Shown here piece after piece: positions 11,798-26,018 of a DNA stretch of 64,000 nt. Numbering within the stretch: position 1 is the first letter of the stretch; every line of letters starts with the position of its first letter. Origin of the DNA: Balanoglossus misakiensis. Lineage: Eukaryota > Animalia > Hemichordata. The translations under genes were made by a program, and so were the position numbers. The notes beneath the pieces are model-generated. The model saw nothing but the letters and a program-made list of their open reading frames with translations, did not search any database and was not told the origin of the DNA. The stretch spans positions 558,001 to 622,000 of the forward strand of contig CM082597.2 in NCBI GenBank assembly GCA_040954595.2. Direction: 5' to 3'.

Positions 11798-13127
11798 CCA
11801 TGGTGACTGATCAACAGAAGGAAAAGAAATGTCTCCACACAAACAAATCTTATTTTACTGTACACTCAAATCTAAATTCAAGGTTTTCTGGGTCGCCACT
11901 GTGCATTTCAGAACAAAATCTAATTTTGCTTATATTTTCCTATATTTTTCATTTTTGCTTTCATTCCACATGAGAAAAGTTTTTTTTTCTGCTCACTTAC
12001 ACTGTGTTAATTTCTTGTAATTTTTTTGTCGTCAAACCAGTGATTTTACTGTCCATGTTGGAGAGATGTAGTAGGATACAAAGAAACCCCTGTGATTTGG
12101 TGCCACCCACTGGCAAGAATTTATAAAATACTTGTATGACATATCATGTTGATAATTGTGAGAGGAAAATTTAAGAAATTGATATCATTGCCAAGTGATT
12201 TTTTCATCCATAAAAAGAGCGATATTTTTATGGTTTTACCGTTCACAAGAAAACACTAGTTCATAGGGACAGCGTTTTGTGTGCTTTAATTTTTTATTCC
12301 GACAATGGAAACACTTCTTGAAATAACTCTCTTTATTTTTACAGGACATAGCAATAATTCAACACAACCATTTGGTACATTTCATTGGAATGGTTGAAAC
12401 CATTCACCAGAAAAAGGGGTGAAAAGGTAAAGATTGGAGGCGTTTCAATCTTGAAGTCGCTCTGCTCTGTTGTAGCGCCCCCAAGTGGTGGAATATTCAG
12501 TTTCTTTTGTTGGATTCTAATGTCCTGCCATTTCCGCTACAAAAATGTATTACAACGCAGTTTCAATTTTTCCTAAACTTGTGTAAAAATTCTTTTATGT
12601 TTATTGAATGGATTTTAATAATGTAATAATAAATTATGAAGAAATAAAAATCTTACAATTTGAGAATGGACTGAATGTGGATTGAATGTGAAGCTACAGT
12701 AGGCAGGAATATCAGTGCTTATGAACAAAACTTTCCCTTCAGTAACACACTGCTTTCATCATGTGATCCTAGGAAACATTGCACAAATGGACACGTATGT
12801 TCTAACACTACGCACCCGTACATTTTCGAAAGCTTTATAAAAATAACTAGATATGAATATTAAAACTTATTTTTAGAAATTTATGTATTTGTCAATTTGG
12901 GTGTGGTGCTGTGTGTGTGTTTTGGAACCAATATTGTACACAGAGATGAATTTTTACTGTAGAGGGAGTTTTTAAGCAAAGAAATTATTCAAGATTATAT
13001 TTTGGTTTTACCGCTGGCCAGGCCCGTTGTAACTTTTAAGCACTGTCTATGTACTGACGGTATATTTTTTTAAGTCGGCAAATGCCGGCGTTTTATTCAA
13101 CAGTGCGCCCGCCATTGGCAAAGGCTG

Positions 13128-13141
13128 AGAAGATGGCGGCT
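13128..13141 (+). promoter_or_regulatory. YY1-like motif in the CpG-richer promoter/5' region of the C2CD2L-like gene
   Basis: AAGATGGCGGC about 440 nt upstream of the ATG, within a locally CpG-rich stretch (about 13010-13500). Confidence 0.4.
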
Positions 13142-13573
13142 ATTTTTATAGCAATGGGTCGCATAAATCAGTAGGATTTTGTGAATTCCGTGAATTGTTG
13201 GTGGTGTATCCGTCACGAAATCCGATTCACTTGTCTTGTCGTTGCAAACGGGTTTTTGTGGAGTTTGATCGGAAACGGGCTATCGCGGGGCTCGGCTGCG
13301 AAATTGCCATGGTAACATTACCACGGAAGTATTACTGATTGGTGACAGTATATTCTCCTTACTTCTGTGTGACTGAATGAGGACGGCTGGGACAAGCATT
13401 GACAGAGGAGGTAAGCTGCCTCTCCTCCTGTGAATCGCCGCGTTTTGCACTGAGAACGGCGGACTATCCCCCTAAACAGGACACCCTCCACGGAACTTAT
13501 GGTCTGAGAGAAGATCTTGACCCATCGGGATCTCAAATTAACTGAACAGGGACGAGATCACCAGAAAAAAAAG

Positions 13574-16500
13574 ATGCCATTCGATGCCAACATGACAGAA
13601 GCCATCAAAGATGGTGTACTGCAGTACATTGAAAATGTGCGAGCTGGCAAAGTTGATATTTTGGATGTGTTTCTGGTCGGGTGGGTCGTTTTTACGATTC
13701 TGACCGTTGTCATCACGTCGTGGGTGACGAAGATAATAACGAAGAGACGACAAGCGGCCGGAATTTCGGGAGCTGCTAGCGGCGGTCATGTACAGCGGCA
13801 AAGGTCGGTTCGTCAAGATGGGAAATCGGCGGAGACTTGTGACTGGGTCAATTCGACCATCGCCTGGCTTTACATGCACCACAGCCAAGCTCCCGAATTC
13901 GTCCATTGCTGGTTGAAAGCTCTCAACGACCAGACGAAGAAACAGGGGGTACGTAGCTATAAAACGGAGCACCCATAAATATAACAAAAGCGCTAGCACG
14001 ACTTCTGTATATTACATCTGTCATCCATGTTTATTTTTGTGAAGCTATATTTCATTCTACATCATCTGTCTTCACTGAGGGTTTCATTTTGATCTCGTTT
14101 GTCATTTGTGTAACACGAAAACCGCTTGATTTACTTAAGCCCTGGCGTGTTAGGGTAAGAATGCAAGAAATGTTATTTATTTTTGACATTTCTTGTACGT
14201 GATATGACACCCAGTTGATGTACTTTCCATACTTAGAGATGCAGCCATGCCCACCACTGTATTGGTAGTGAGAGTTCATTCGACTCCCACACATAATCGT
14301 GTATGCATTGATGTATTTAGAGGGAAAAAGAACCTTACCAAAACCTGGTAGTGCATATTTGTTAGACGTAAGAAAATACAATCAATATATAGAAACAAAA
14401 CACCCTTTTGTCAGTGTAGGAAGCATTGCTCAGCTTAAAACGACAAAATATCTCTCTTGCTGCCCTTTTCCCATAAATTATGTTTGATACAAAACACCAT
14501 TGATGTTTGGCTACTTTAGATTATTCATTTATTGCCGAAAATAATTCTTCATTTACTCATTAAAGTAGGGGGGGGGGGGGGGGGGAGTCTTCAAAATTGC
14601 CTTGAAATTAAGACTTTCAAAATGGCCGCCAAATTTGAGGTTCAAAATGGCCGCCTGTATCTGTGCTTAGTCTATGGCATTCAAAATGGCCGCCAAATTT
14701 AGTGACTTTGACAATCTCTATGGTAAACATTATGGAGAAATTTTACTCATAGTTCAACCACACACACCTTCCATCCAACTTGTAGACACGAGAGTGAAAA
14801 ACTTGCCGAAATGAATATTCGGTGTTTACCATTTATTCATTTTGGCGAGATTTTTACTCTCATATCCTACAAACGTGATGGTTCAATGTTGATTCACTAT
14901 ACATCCACATGTGCATTAGCATAGACAGTGTAGTGAATCAAACATAATAAATGGGAAAAGAAGAGTGAGAGAGAGACTTTGTCCGTTTAAGAGAACATAA
15001 TCAATATAAAAACAAAACACCCTTTTGTCAGTGTAGGAAGCATTGCTTCAGTCTTAGGTGACAGTGAATGTTGCTATGGTAACACATATGCGCATTGTCC
15101 ATTGCAAGTTGATTTCAGTGGCTACTATGACAATGCATTATGCGGTTGCTTGAGAAATGTGTGTGGATAAATTTAGTTTCTTGTCTTTCTGTTGCCAATG
15201 TGTGTAGACTTAGTCCATTATGAATGGACTAGGACATTTTGAAGTAAATAATTAGCTATATATAGTCATTCAGCATTTCAGTAATGATAATGACTGCCTT
15301 TAATGAAATAGCTTGTAATTGGCTCAAATAGCTATCTTTTAATTCCCAATTCATCTGTGTATATTGTTCATACATGTAGCAAGCTTCTGCTTTTCATTGG
15401 TTTTCCTGGGCCTGCTTATTTGTTCATAGGGGTGAAGTTGCCCCTCCCATTCTCTTTGGGGGTGCATTCAGTAGTCCATGTCTACTATATTTGAAATGGT
15501 TTAGCCCAAGCCAAACATATTATATAAATTGATTTGCAAATGATGAGCAGGTTCATGCATTATTAATTTCTTTTATTATTATTGTGCTCTAATGAAAATG
15601 TCAAACCTCTTTCTGAATTTCACTGCAATTGCTATGACCTAGTTCTCTACTGTAGTAAATTTTGTAACAATTTCTCAAATCAATTACTTAGTAAGATAAC
15701 ATTTAGATCAATTTCATCGTTTGTAGTGGACTCTGATTCAGTCTGAACTGGTGTATTAAGCAGCAGAGACTGGAACAATGGAAGTCTCAAGTGAACAGTC
15801 TTCTGCAGAAACCTCACACTGGTTGACTGAGTCAGCCATGTCATAAAATGTCTGGTAGTAAGGTTGATGTTTCCTGAATCCCAACAGTTGTCATGACAAC
15901 TGAGCTGTTGTTACCGGATAGATATGTGCATGTACCATCACTGCATGCTGTGTCTTGTCTGTCGTTCTCCATCGACCATTTTACTTCATTCAGGGTTTCT
16001 TTATTAGTAGGGCTGATAGAGAGTCTGGTCACAGCAGTGTTTACGAAAAAAGATGAACATGCCTATAGGACCAGTCACAAATGAAAATGTGTTCTCAGAC
16101 AGGTTGACCTTTACAGTAATGCAGTTGTGTAGAGAGTGTGTCTGAGGCAAAGCCATGCTGTGTATTTTATTGCCACTAAATTTTGAAGATTTCATTAAAT
16201 TTTGAAGATTGGACGAACACTTATTTTGTATTAGGCATTTCGTTATGGTTATGGGAGTAGAATATGAACTGGCATTGACACACAAATCAAAATATGACAA
16301 AATAGCCAACAGTTTGAGCTAACAGAGCTTTACAGCAAGAGAGACATTGTGGAATTTCATCCATCCAAAGAATTCCAGACACTCCGGAATCCTCATTCCC
16401 GTTCTGTGACCCTGGAAGAAAACATATCAGGGTGAACGTTGTAATAGAATTGGAAGTCATTTAACTCCAGGGGTCATGAGGTCATGACCTCATACAGAAA

Positions 16501-19500
16501 GGTCATACCAAAGTATTCAATCTGTGAGTTTTGATCCATCATGTGATAGGATAGTTTTGGTAGCATATAAAGGTTGACATGCATGATTGCATATATTATT
16601 TTTAGACTGTCCAGGGCAGGTTAATAACTTAGAGCAGAGGCTGGTCATGTTGCTAGATTATCTCATGGATATTTCTATCAAATTACAATCAGTTTATTTT
16701 CTGGTCATGATGAGTCAGAGGCCACAAGCAAAGATACTTTCATGAAAGACAGTAAAGAATCGACTTGTATTCTACAGGATTCAGACCAAGGGCTACTGCA
16801 CTACCGGTAATTCACATTGCAATTAAATCCACATCCCCCAAAAAGATGTTTCACATGATTCCTGAGCGCATCCTTACCAGACAGACAAAAAACAAACTCT
16901 GTATGTTAATATGTTCAAAATAATGTTTTCATTGCTCAGCTGAGCGAAAGATAGCCGTAGGGACAGGGCTGTCTACCAGCAGTACTACCATTATTAAATT
17001 TATTTATATGCAAATTCACACAACATTCAGTGTGACATAATCAGCCATTAAATTCAGTGACAGTATTGTTCTGAGGTATGATTTGGACAGCACATTTGTA
17101 TCAATTTATTTACCAATGGAACCAGAATAACAATTACTCAAGCTGTCTATGGTAACAACGCTGACCAAGTTTGAAACTTAGTACTGTATGTCTCTGGAAA
17201 TTTTTATACAATCGCTTTTCTGGAAACTGACATTCTCAAGGGTTATTAAACGGTCAATTGCGAAATAACGTTTAGCCTAAAGGCCAGGTAATATGCAATG
17301 AACAACACTTCATACAGCCGTAATAGCTTTTTAATCCCATATTGAATTTTTCTGTCACAGAACACAGGCATGGTACATGTCAATACACATTTGTCTCTGT
17401 CATGTAATGTATCAAAAATGATTTTTTCTGGTGAAACTGAAATACATGGTTTTATACTTTAGTTGATATTTACATACATTGTACCTGTCACTAGTTTTTA
17501 GTTTTTAGTTTTACCACTTTATTACACACCTTTTTTGTTCTGTAATAATGCATATAACCACTAATAAACAGCAGTTTGCAAGCATTTACACTACATGTCT
17601 TTTAGTTCATATACAACTATATGCAACAGCAAAACAATCAATTTCAATACAGTGTTTAATGATGATTGCTACAACAGTGTCTCTCTTGACTCTGCTAAAA
17701 ATGATAGAAAGGTATGGCTACCTATAATTAGATGGAAAAATTAGTCCTTGATTATTTCATAGTACAATGGGTATAAACCTGCTGTATTCAATTGCCAGAT
17801 CATACTCTTAACAATGCTGGTCAAGCTAATTGCTTTGTGCCGCCAGGGTGACCTTCCATATGGATTTGTGTCATTTTTGTATGTTACCTGTGTGTTGTAA
17901 AAAAATAAGCAAAATGCTCCTGAATGATGTACTAATATTGTATTATGTCTTTCATGTGGTTGACATGGCTATAATAGGTATGTGTTCCATTTCAAGAACA
18001 ACTGTCCATGCTGCAAATACCATATTGACACTGTTGTTCTGTTTTCTAGAAAGTATACATACTTGAATATTTGAAATGAAACTTTCACTATGGTTTTATC
18101 TCTTGTCTGGTATGCAAACTTGTAATGCAAATGCACTGTGGGATATGCAAATATCAATTGTAATTATGCAGATATCAATTGTAATTATGCAAATAAGACT
18201 GAAACATCCTTTTCTCCACCAGTTACTTGAGAAGACACTCCTTTCCATTGTACAGCACAAAGGCACTGACAAGAACAGAAGTGAAATTGACATCAGCACC
18301 AATTTTAGGGTGTTTTTCAACCCTTTTCAATATTATTACCTGAAAACTGTAGTTGCACTAATAAAAGTGGACACAGAGACACATGCAGACCTGCTTGCTG
18401 ATCATTCAAAATGTAACCAGATGTGGACTTTTTGGATACAGAGCGATTAAAAAACATTGGCCACTTCTGAAACTGTTTGCCAATGTCAATATTTTTGCTG
18501 TTCTTATCAGTGCTTTCCTGCACTAGTACATGTTCCATGAAAAGAAGTGGCTTATTGTTTAAATAGAGAGATGTATGTAATATTCAGATCTGATAAATAA
18601 TTAATCCATTTGTTGGTACAACTGCAGATGTACATGCGGGATGTGGCATCATTTTTGTTTAGATTACCCTTTATTTGTATTCTGCAATCATGTGATGAAC
18701 AGTTTCTAGCTGTTACATTCTGAACACCTTGTGAATTAGGCCTCATATCAGACTCCCATTTCATGATGAAATGAACACAATGATACAAGGTGTGTTCGTA
18801 CACGCCTTGCAAATACATACATATTTCTAACTGGGTCAGCTCTGGGTTAACCCCAGACTGGAAAGTTTAGCACCTCATTGATTGTATTGGCACAGAAACC
18901 ATAAACAATAGTGCAGCCTTGTATTTTTGTAGGCCACCACTACTATTCCTTCAGAACTTAAAGTGTGTCAGCGTGTGTGTGATTCCACTTGACCATCTGG
19001 ACAGGATGTCTATTTGACAGTCTAAACTTATCATTTAAAGTTACATGTATGAAATTTATTTTCTGTTGAAAAAAATGTAGCTTGAAATTTTGTGTTTCTG
19101 TAGTTTTGAGTACTAGTTGGAAATCAAGCAACTATACCTCATATTTTACCAAGAAAGTTCCACTGTCTGTGTATGCATGCCATATACAGGGTACTGTCTG
19201 ATCATGATGCAAAGTGTGTGCTGTTATCTTGTGATCAAATTAGCTACAGGCCTCCAATCTAAACCTTTGTAGCTCTAGCTCTTTTGTCTGTAGTTGACTC
19301 TATGTTTAAGCTTGATTGATTGATTGCACGTTTGTTAAAGCTTGCATGTAATTCTCTGTCAGCCAAGTCTTAGCCTTTATTGCATTAAAGTGCACTTGTC
19401 TGATTGCGTTGAAATGAATCCTCTGTACATTTCTCCCTCAGAGTGCATCAAATTCTCACGTAAAACTGTAAGATACAGAGGGCTATGTGATGTCAATTCT

Positions 19501-22500
19501 AACACAGTTGGGGTCACAGAGGTTACATTGAGTGTGTATAGGCCAATTGCCTTCTGTAGTGCAAAGGTCCTGTATGTGACATTAAAGTGCAAATAGTTAA
19601 GACAAGAATTCATCAGGTCTGCAATGCACAGTTCTTCTCTCGCAGAGGGAGACGTCACTCTAAACCAAACTTGTCAATCCATATGTACACATGGTTTATC
19701 CCAGCAACATTCCTTCAAGTGGTGATGGAGAACATTCCTGGAATTGCTTCATGTCTTCTGTCTGAACTTATTTATCACATGGCAACTAGATTTCAAATAT
19801 TTGTGATTATTGCTCAAGCCACTTGTGGGCAAAGGAACTGCTGCAATACTGACATTTTCTATTCCTTGTCCTAGTACATGTGACGAGGTACATTTGTATA
19901 ATTACTGTTAGGATTTCCGTGCATCACCTTTGGCACTAAACTTAAAAGTCTTGCATTAGTGTACACGACCCCAGGGTATTTAATATACAGAGTGTTCTTC
20001 GAGTCCACAGACATTAGCGTTGCTGTTAGAGTGTACTCTGAATACAAATTATTTTACCATGTGTGCTGTTATGTTACTTGTAGATTGCACCTCAGTCACA
20101 TATCCATGAATTGTCCATAGAGTACCTCTTACATTTGTTCAAATACTGGAATAACTGGACACAATATGTGTACCATACAGATAACGCAATGTCTCAGACT
20201 TCTATATGACTGGTGTTCAGATGGATTACTCAACACCATTCACTGCTTTGGTGAGGCTTATCACAGAAAGAGTTCTGTAAAAGACTGACACAGAATGTGG
20301 CCTTGATTCGCACATGTTTTCCCCAAATTTGGAGTTGTTTACTTCTTATGGTTTCAAGTTTACACCCCTTCTTCTGATTTATTAACTGACCCAGCATCTG
20401 TGTTCTTTGCTGACCACATTTTTATCTGTTGGACTTTTTGTGTGGTTTCAAACTCTAGCCAGCAGATTAGCTATAGTGTGTACACAATTAGCTTTCTTGT
20501 CAAGGATGTGAATGACAAAATTAACCTGGTGAGCATTTAACGAGGTTATTGAAGTCAATTAGTGTGAGTTTTAATCAGTGTGTATCTTATTGGTTCCATC
20601 CAATATTCGATGATTATCCACAGTAAAGCATGTAATTATGGGCGTCGGCAATCCATGTCAATCGTCCCTTTCACTGAAAACAGCTGCTGCAGTTCTGTCC
20701 ATTAAAATCTACTGCAAAGCAGAAATGGTATGTTAAGTGTTAACATTGGGGGTTATAAGTTCTGTGTGTTCAGCTTCTACACTGCTACACAAATATTCAC
20801 ACCACTATGTGTTTGCATCTTTATAATGGCCGCCCTGATAATTGTCTCGGCTGATGGGAGACTGATATTTTTCCCATCATAAAATCTAAGTCAAGTTGTC
20901 TTGGTGGACAGCATCCCTTCATTTTTATGCAGAACTATTTCAGGTCAACTAGAGATTATCATTCGGCCAATAACCTCTTGCAACTACTTACACAGCATCA
21001 TACTAAAAATATGTTCATTTGCATACTGTTGCTTGCATGTACCGGCACAATATTTAATGGGTTAGATGTCATCTTGTTCAAGTTGATAATTTTTGCATAA
21101 TTGTGAATGTTACAGGTACACATATGCATAGATGTGCTTCATCATATTATTAGGTTAATTATTTAGTGTTTTTAACAAGGTCTATTCGAATGCTAGGTTT
21201 CACCTATTATGTATGCAGTCAAAATGGAACAAATGTGATGATCCTAAACTAGAGTGTAACTTAAGTGTTTTCAATGGAAACACTTGACCCACAGTTGACA
21301 TTTTAATATCAGCGAGCAATTAAGCAGAAGTGAGAGAGTTGGGATTCGAAAAGATAGAAGATAGCTAAAAGCCTATTATGAAATCAAAACAGGTTTTGAG
21401 GAAGCTGTATAGGTTGAAATTACTAATAGGAAAGGTGTGTTGTGGTTTATGTTGATATCTTATACACAAACTACACAATATATACCAGTTCATATTTCTG
21501 ATGGAAATGTGTAGAGCTGTGTTAATTTCGTCGTGTAATGGATCTAGGTGTGGTATTAATAGTATTGACACAATTGTCGAGGCAAATATAATATTAACTT
21601 TTATGTAACATACCCTGGTAAATACATGATGATATTTGTCTAAAAATGAGAATTCATTGTAGGGTTGCTATATTAATTTAATTTTCAATCTTACCTACAT
21701 GGCAACTATAATTTCCTATTGCTGTATATTTAATATGTACATTCACAATTAAATTAAAACTAAAATCGGGTGAGGGATAAATATCCAGATGCGTATAATA
21801 CACGTCAGTTTAATGGTTTTTATCTCCATTGTTTTGTCTCCTTTTGATATTCTCTTATTGAATGCCACCTGCTCTTTAATTGCTTGAATCTTTTCTGTCT
21901 GGAAAATTGAAATTGTGTGTTCCTGTTTTAGACCATCTGGTGTTGTACATATGAATCATCACTTCATTAAAATCAAGGTGATAGAGAAGTTATTTTGAGA
22001 TCGGCATGTTTGAGAGAGTTGCCACTTATTGGCCTTTAACCCTTTCACCACCATGGTTCAGTCCAAATCCATGGTTTTCGATGGTAAGGTTGGACCTCTA
22101 TAGAGGAAACTGTTGGTGTGTGTTTCATTGAATGTAGAATAACTAACCTCTTTGCGTTTGCACGTCTATTTTTATCACAACATGTACAGACAATCTTATA
22201 TGTGACTTACAGTGTTCCATTAGTAATGCGGTAATGTGATCTGCCTATATCATTTCAAATATAATATTCTAGCGTGTTCCTGATGACAATATTGGAATAT
22301 ACAATATGATCTCACATTTTTTGAAAAAAGGGATTTTGTTTTATAAAATTAACAAAGTCAGTATCCATCAGAGAAAGTTACTACCATCGAAACAGACAAA
22401 TATGGTAACTTGTTGGATGCCAGACTGCCTCTGGTACATCACATGTGATTGGCCAGAGGTCACATGATGACTCTAAATATATTAGTTCACAATTTTCTAC

Positions 22501-25500
22501 CACTTACACTTTGAAAACTCAGACTTAAAAAGAGTATTCCTGTTGCAGATTTAACATGAAAATAATTGAATATCACATATATGCATAATGATAAATTATT
22601 CATAGAGTTTTGTGACATGAAATAAATATGTAATGAAGAAAGACTCATGATATTTGCCGCGATTGTAAATGCTAATTAATCATTCATATGGACTTGGCCA
22701 TTATAGCAGCAGTGGGATGGGTTTGATGAATGCCATATGTGTGTGTTTCCATAGTTCTGTTGACTGTATTAATGTGTATTTCAACTTCATGTTTTGAGTA
22801 AAGATTATGAATTAGAAAAGGGATAATTGATGATTATCATACTGTTCTATTGGACATATAGCCAGACTTTTTTTCCAGTCATAAATGTGACGTAATCTTC
22901 AATAAGACTTCAAGTTTTATTAGGTTGACAGCTATATGTAATATCACAGGTCAATAGAATGAAGAACATACTTGATAACAGAGTGCAGTATTTTGTAAGG
23001 TCATGACAGCTTTTCAAATTGTAATTCAGAAATATTTCACATACTTGACACAGCAAACATAGCAATAGAGTGAGTGTATTGAACCTAAAGTGAGAAAACT
23101 TGTGCAAGGTTTTTTCGATTGCACAAGGGAGGCTGGATTCAGTCTGGAGTGACTGTAGACATGTTTATTGCATAAAATTGACATTAAATGGTAAAACTGA
23201 TCTGAATCCAGCTATTTAATAATCAAGTGAAATGGGGGATGAATCGAGTCTGTCTGGTTTTGACAGAGACAAGAAAAGACATACTAGATATTAGGCGAGT
23301 GTGCCTTTTGTGTTTGTTCCAATAAAGAGGAACACAGAACTGAAAATCAGAGCAAATGATAAATCACTCTTTGACGAGGAAATTTTATTAGGCTCAGAGA
23401 CCTTATGTTGAGTGCCTTTGTCTCAGCAAGGATTACCTTCACAAGAAATTGGCCTTAGCAGGTTAAAGCGTGCTGCTGTGTTCGAGCTGTAAATATCCAT
23501 TTGAAGTGAGAACAGCAGGGGGTTACCAAGGACTGCTAAGTGCCATGATTTCACATCTGTCAGAGACATAATCATTCACAAGGCTTGTAGCAGATCAACT
23601 GGTCTTAAATTACAATTGATATCCAGGGATCCAGATGACATCCGTGCCACAAGAGGGCGTCGTTCACAAGGGAACGTAAATGCAGTTTTACGTTCAATCA
23701 CTGTACATGTAGTTGAAAAGTAAATAAACTAGAATTTAATGGTGAACCCATGTATGGTATTCGACCTACATTACACCATCCTGTATCCGGTATAAAATGT
23801 ATTTATCAGCCGTTAATAAAACTTTTATTTTCCTTTTTTGAAAATACAGAGCTCTGTCCAAGTGACATTCGATAGGATAAAAACTGGCAGTTTGCCGCCC
23901 AAGATAAGTGACATCAGAACAGATGCTGGCCCTAGAAACATCCTTGTAAGTATGGCTGTCCTCCATCTTATTAATGCAATTAAATTTTACTTTTATCCCG
24001 TACACATGCTCATCTATTTTCGTCTACATTCGTTGATGTTTGTGAATGGAAACAATAGAAAGATAAAGTTGTTAATGTATGTTTTTGTTTGTGTTTCAGA
24101 CTGTAACATGTGTTGTGGAGGCATCCGATGTGTCCTTTGTCATCTTTGCAACTCAACAGACATCAGCTAGTGTTAAATTATCGACATGTGATGTCCATGT
24201 GGCAAAGCTGGCTGGTCAGGTGGGTGACACATGCCTGTCATGTGATAAATTTTCATGATTTGAGTTGTCTCAGATATAAGATATGAATGCCAGTTAAGGC
24301 AAGATGTAGGAACCAGGTTTTGTTGCAAATCAAATTTCTTTCAGCTTGGTCACTGAACACTGCGAGGTTGAACCGAATTCTGCTAATGAATACGTGAAAT
24401 CATTGCACTTTCAAAGTTATGACACACACTGAGTACAACATCAAACATCAATAGACACTGAGACACTTCTAAAGATCAGGTTTTGACGACGTTGCACATT
24501 CTGTTATTGGTTGCTTGCTACTTATTCCTTGTTTCACCCACTGACCATTTTGTTACAAATTCATAACCACCCTTTCTGATAATTTTGCATTTCTCACTTT
24601 ATTAATATTTGCATTTTGTATGCATATTGCCATGGATACAGGTCAAATTGCAGGTTTGTTGACCCATTCAGAATATTTGACTGTTTAGCATTTCATTTCT
24701 CTGCACAGTTCCATCATTTGGCATTTCATTTGCTTTGTACCCTTATTGACATTATCAACATTATCATTTTCGAGATTTGCATTTTCTGTTCTCATTATTT
24801 CAGTCATCTTGTATTAAAGTCCTCTTTCACTGTTTTACTAGTAGTTCACCATTTTCTTTCTCTATTTTGGCACTGAAGTTAGTGTTCTCTGACAACTGCA
24901 CAGTAAAACTGAAAGAATATAGTCACTTCCATAATTTTGTTTGTGATATTGTAGCAAGAGGTTTCTCCTTCATTTGTACAAATGTGAAATTTTGTCATAG
25001 ATCGATCAGTTGAATGCACGAAGGCAATATTGCATTGCACTGTGTTATATGACACAGGGCAATATTACGTTGGATAAAGGCATTATTACACAGCAGGGTC
25101 ATGGGCAGTATCTCATAGATCATTATTACACCTGATCATCATAGGTATGACATATTAATTTCCAAACTGTATAAAGACATATCTTCTCTCTTCAAGTTTT
25201 GAAATTAGGTATTAATTTTCTTGAATATTTATTTTAGGTGCAATGTAAAGTCGCGTGTATCACTGAAGAAATTCAAGTCACTGCCATGTTTGATGGGAAG
25301 CCGGAACTCAATCTTACAATGAAACCACAAAACTCTGCCATGGTAATTTATTTCAGTGTTTTTTTCATTGGTGCTTCAATAGTGAGCCACCATCGATTGC
25401 TAATGGGATAAGAAACCTGGTCTGTAAATGTTGTACCGAAGTATTAGAACAGAAATGTTGGAAAGAAAACTGATTGGTTTAAAGTATTTCTTTTGCAATT

Positions 25501-25986
25501 GTAAGAATTGAATGATAAGAAAATGGTTTCTTTTATATTCTCCGATTTATCATTTCAGGACGACTTAGTGGATTTGGTGATTGTTGAAAACATCGTACGC
25601 GATGCCATCGTGAACGCCATGACCACGTACACCCTGTCTGCCAAGAATTTACCCAAAGACATCATCATGTCTTCATCAAGTTACCAGACCAGTTCTTCAT
25701 TTCAACCTGTGGTAATTCTGACTCTGTTCTCCAGTCTCAGTCGTGCATTGATTTGTCTGGAAAGTTAGGCTGATATTTTACTGTGTCGTATGTGATATTG
25801 TGAAATGAAAACAGGTGTTTCTTTTTTGCTTTTAGACGAATGTCTCTCGTAGATACCAAACAACCGTGCAAGGAGACGCTCCAAATAAACCACCACGTGC
25901 ACATGATAGAAGATTACTTGTGAAAGGTTTGTCTATTTTCTTTGTAACTGTTCGCTATGTGATTGTTTATGAACAAGTGCATCCAT

Positions 25987-26018
<32 letters not shown>

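Noticed and set aside
13538-13999. 153-aa minus-strand ORF, and similar antisense ORFs at 25933-26463, 37679-38062 and 43105-43506
   Set aside because: They are shadows of real exons on the opposite strand or of microsatellites, with no independent motifs.
14000-23840. Nested gene in the ~10-kb first intron of the C2CD2L-like gene
   Set aside because: Only short ORFs with no recognisable domains and no consistent exon chain.
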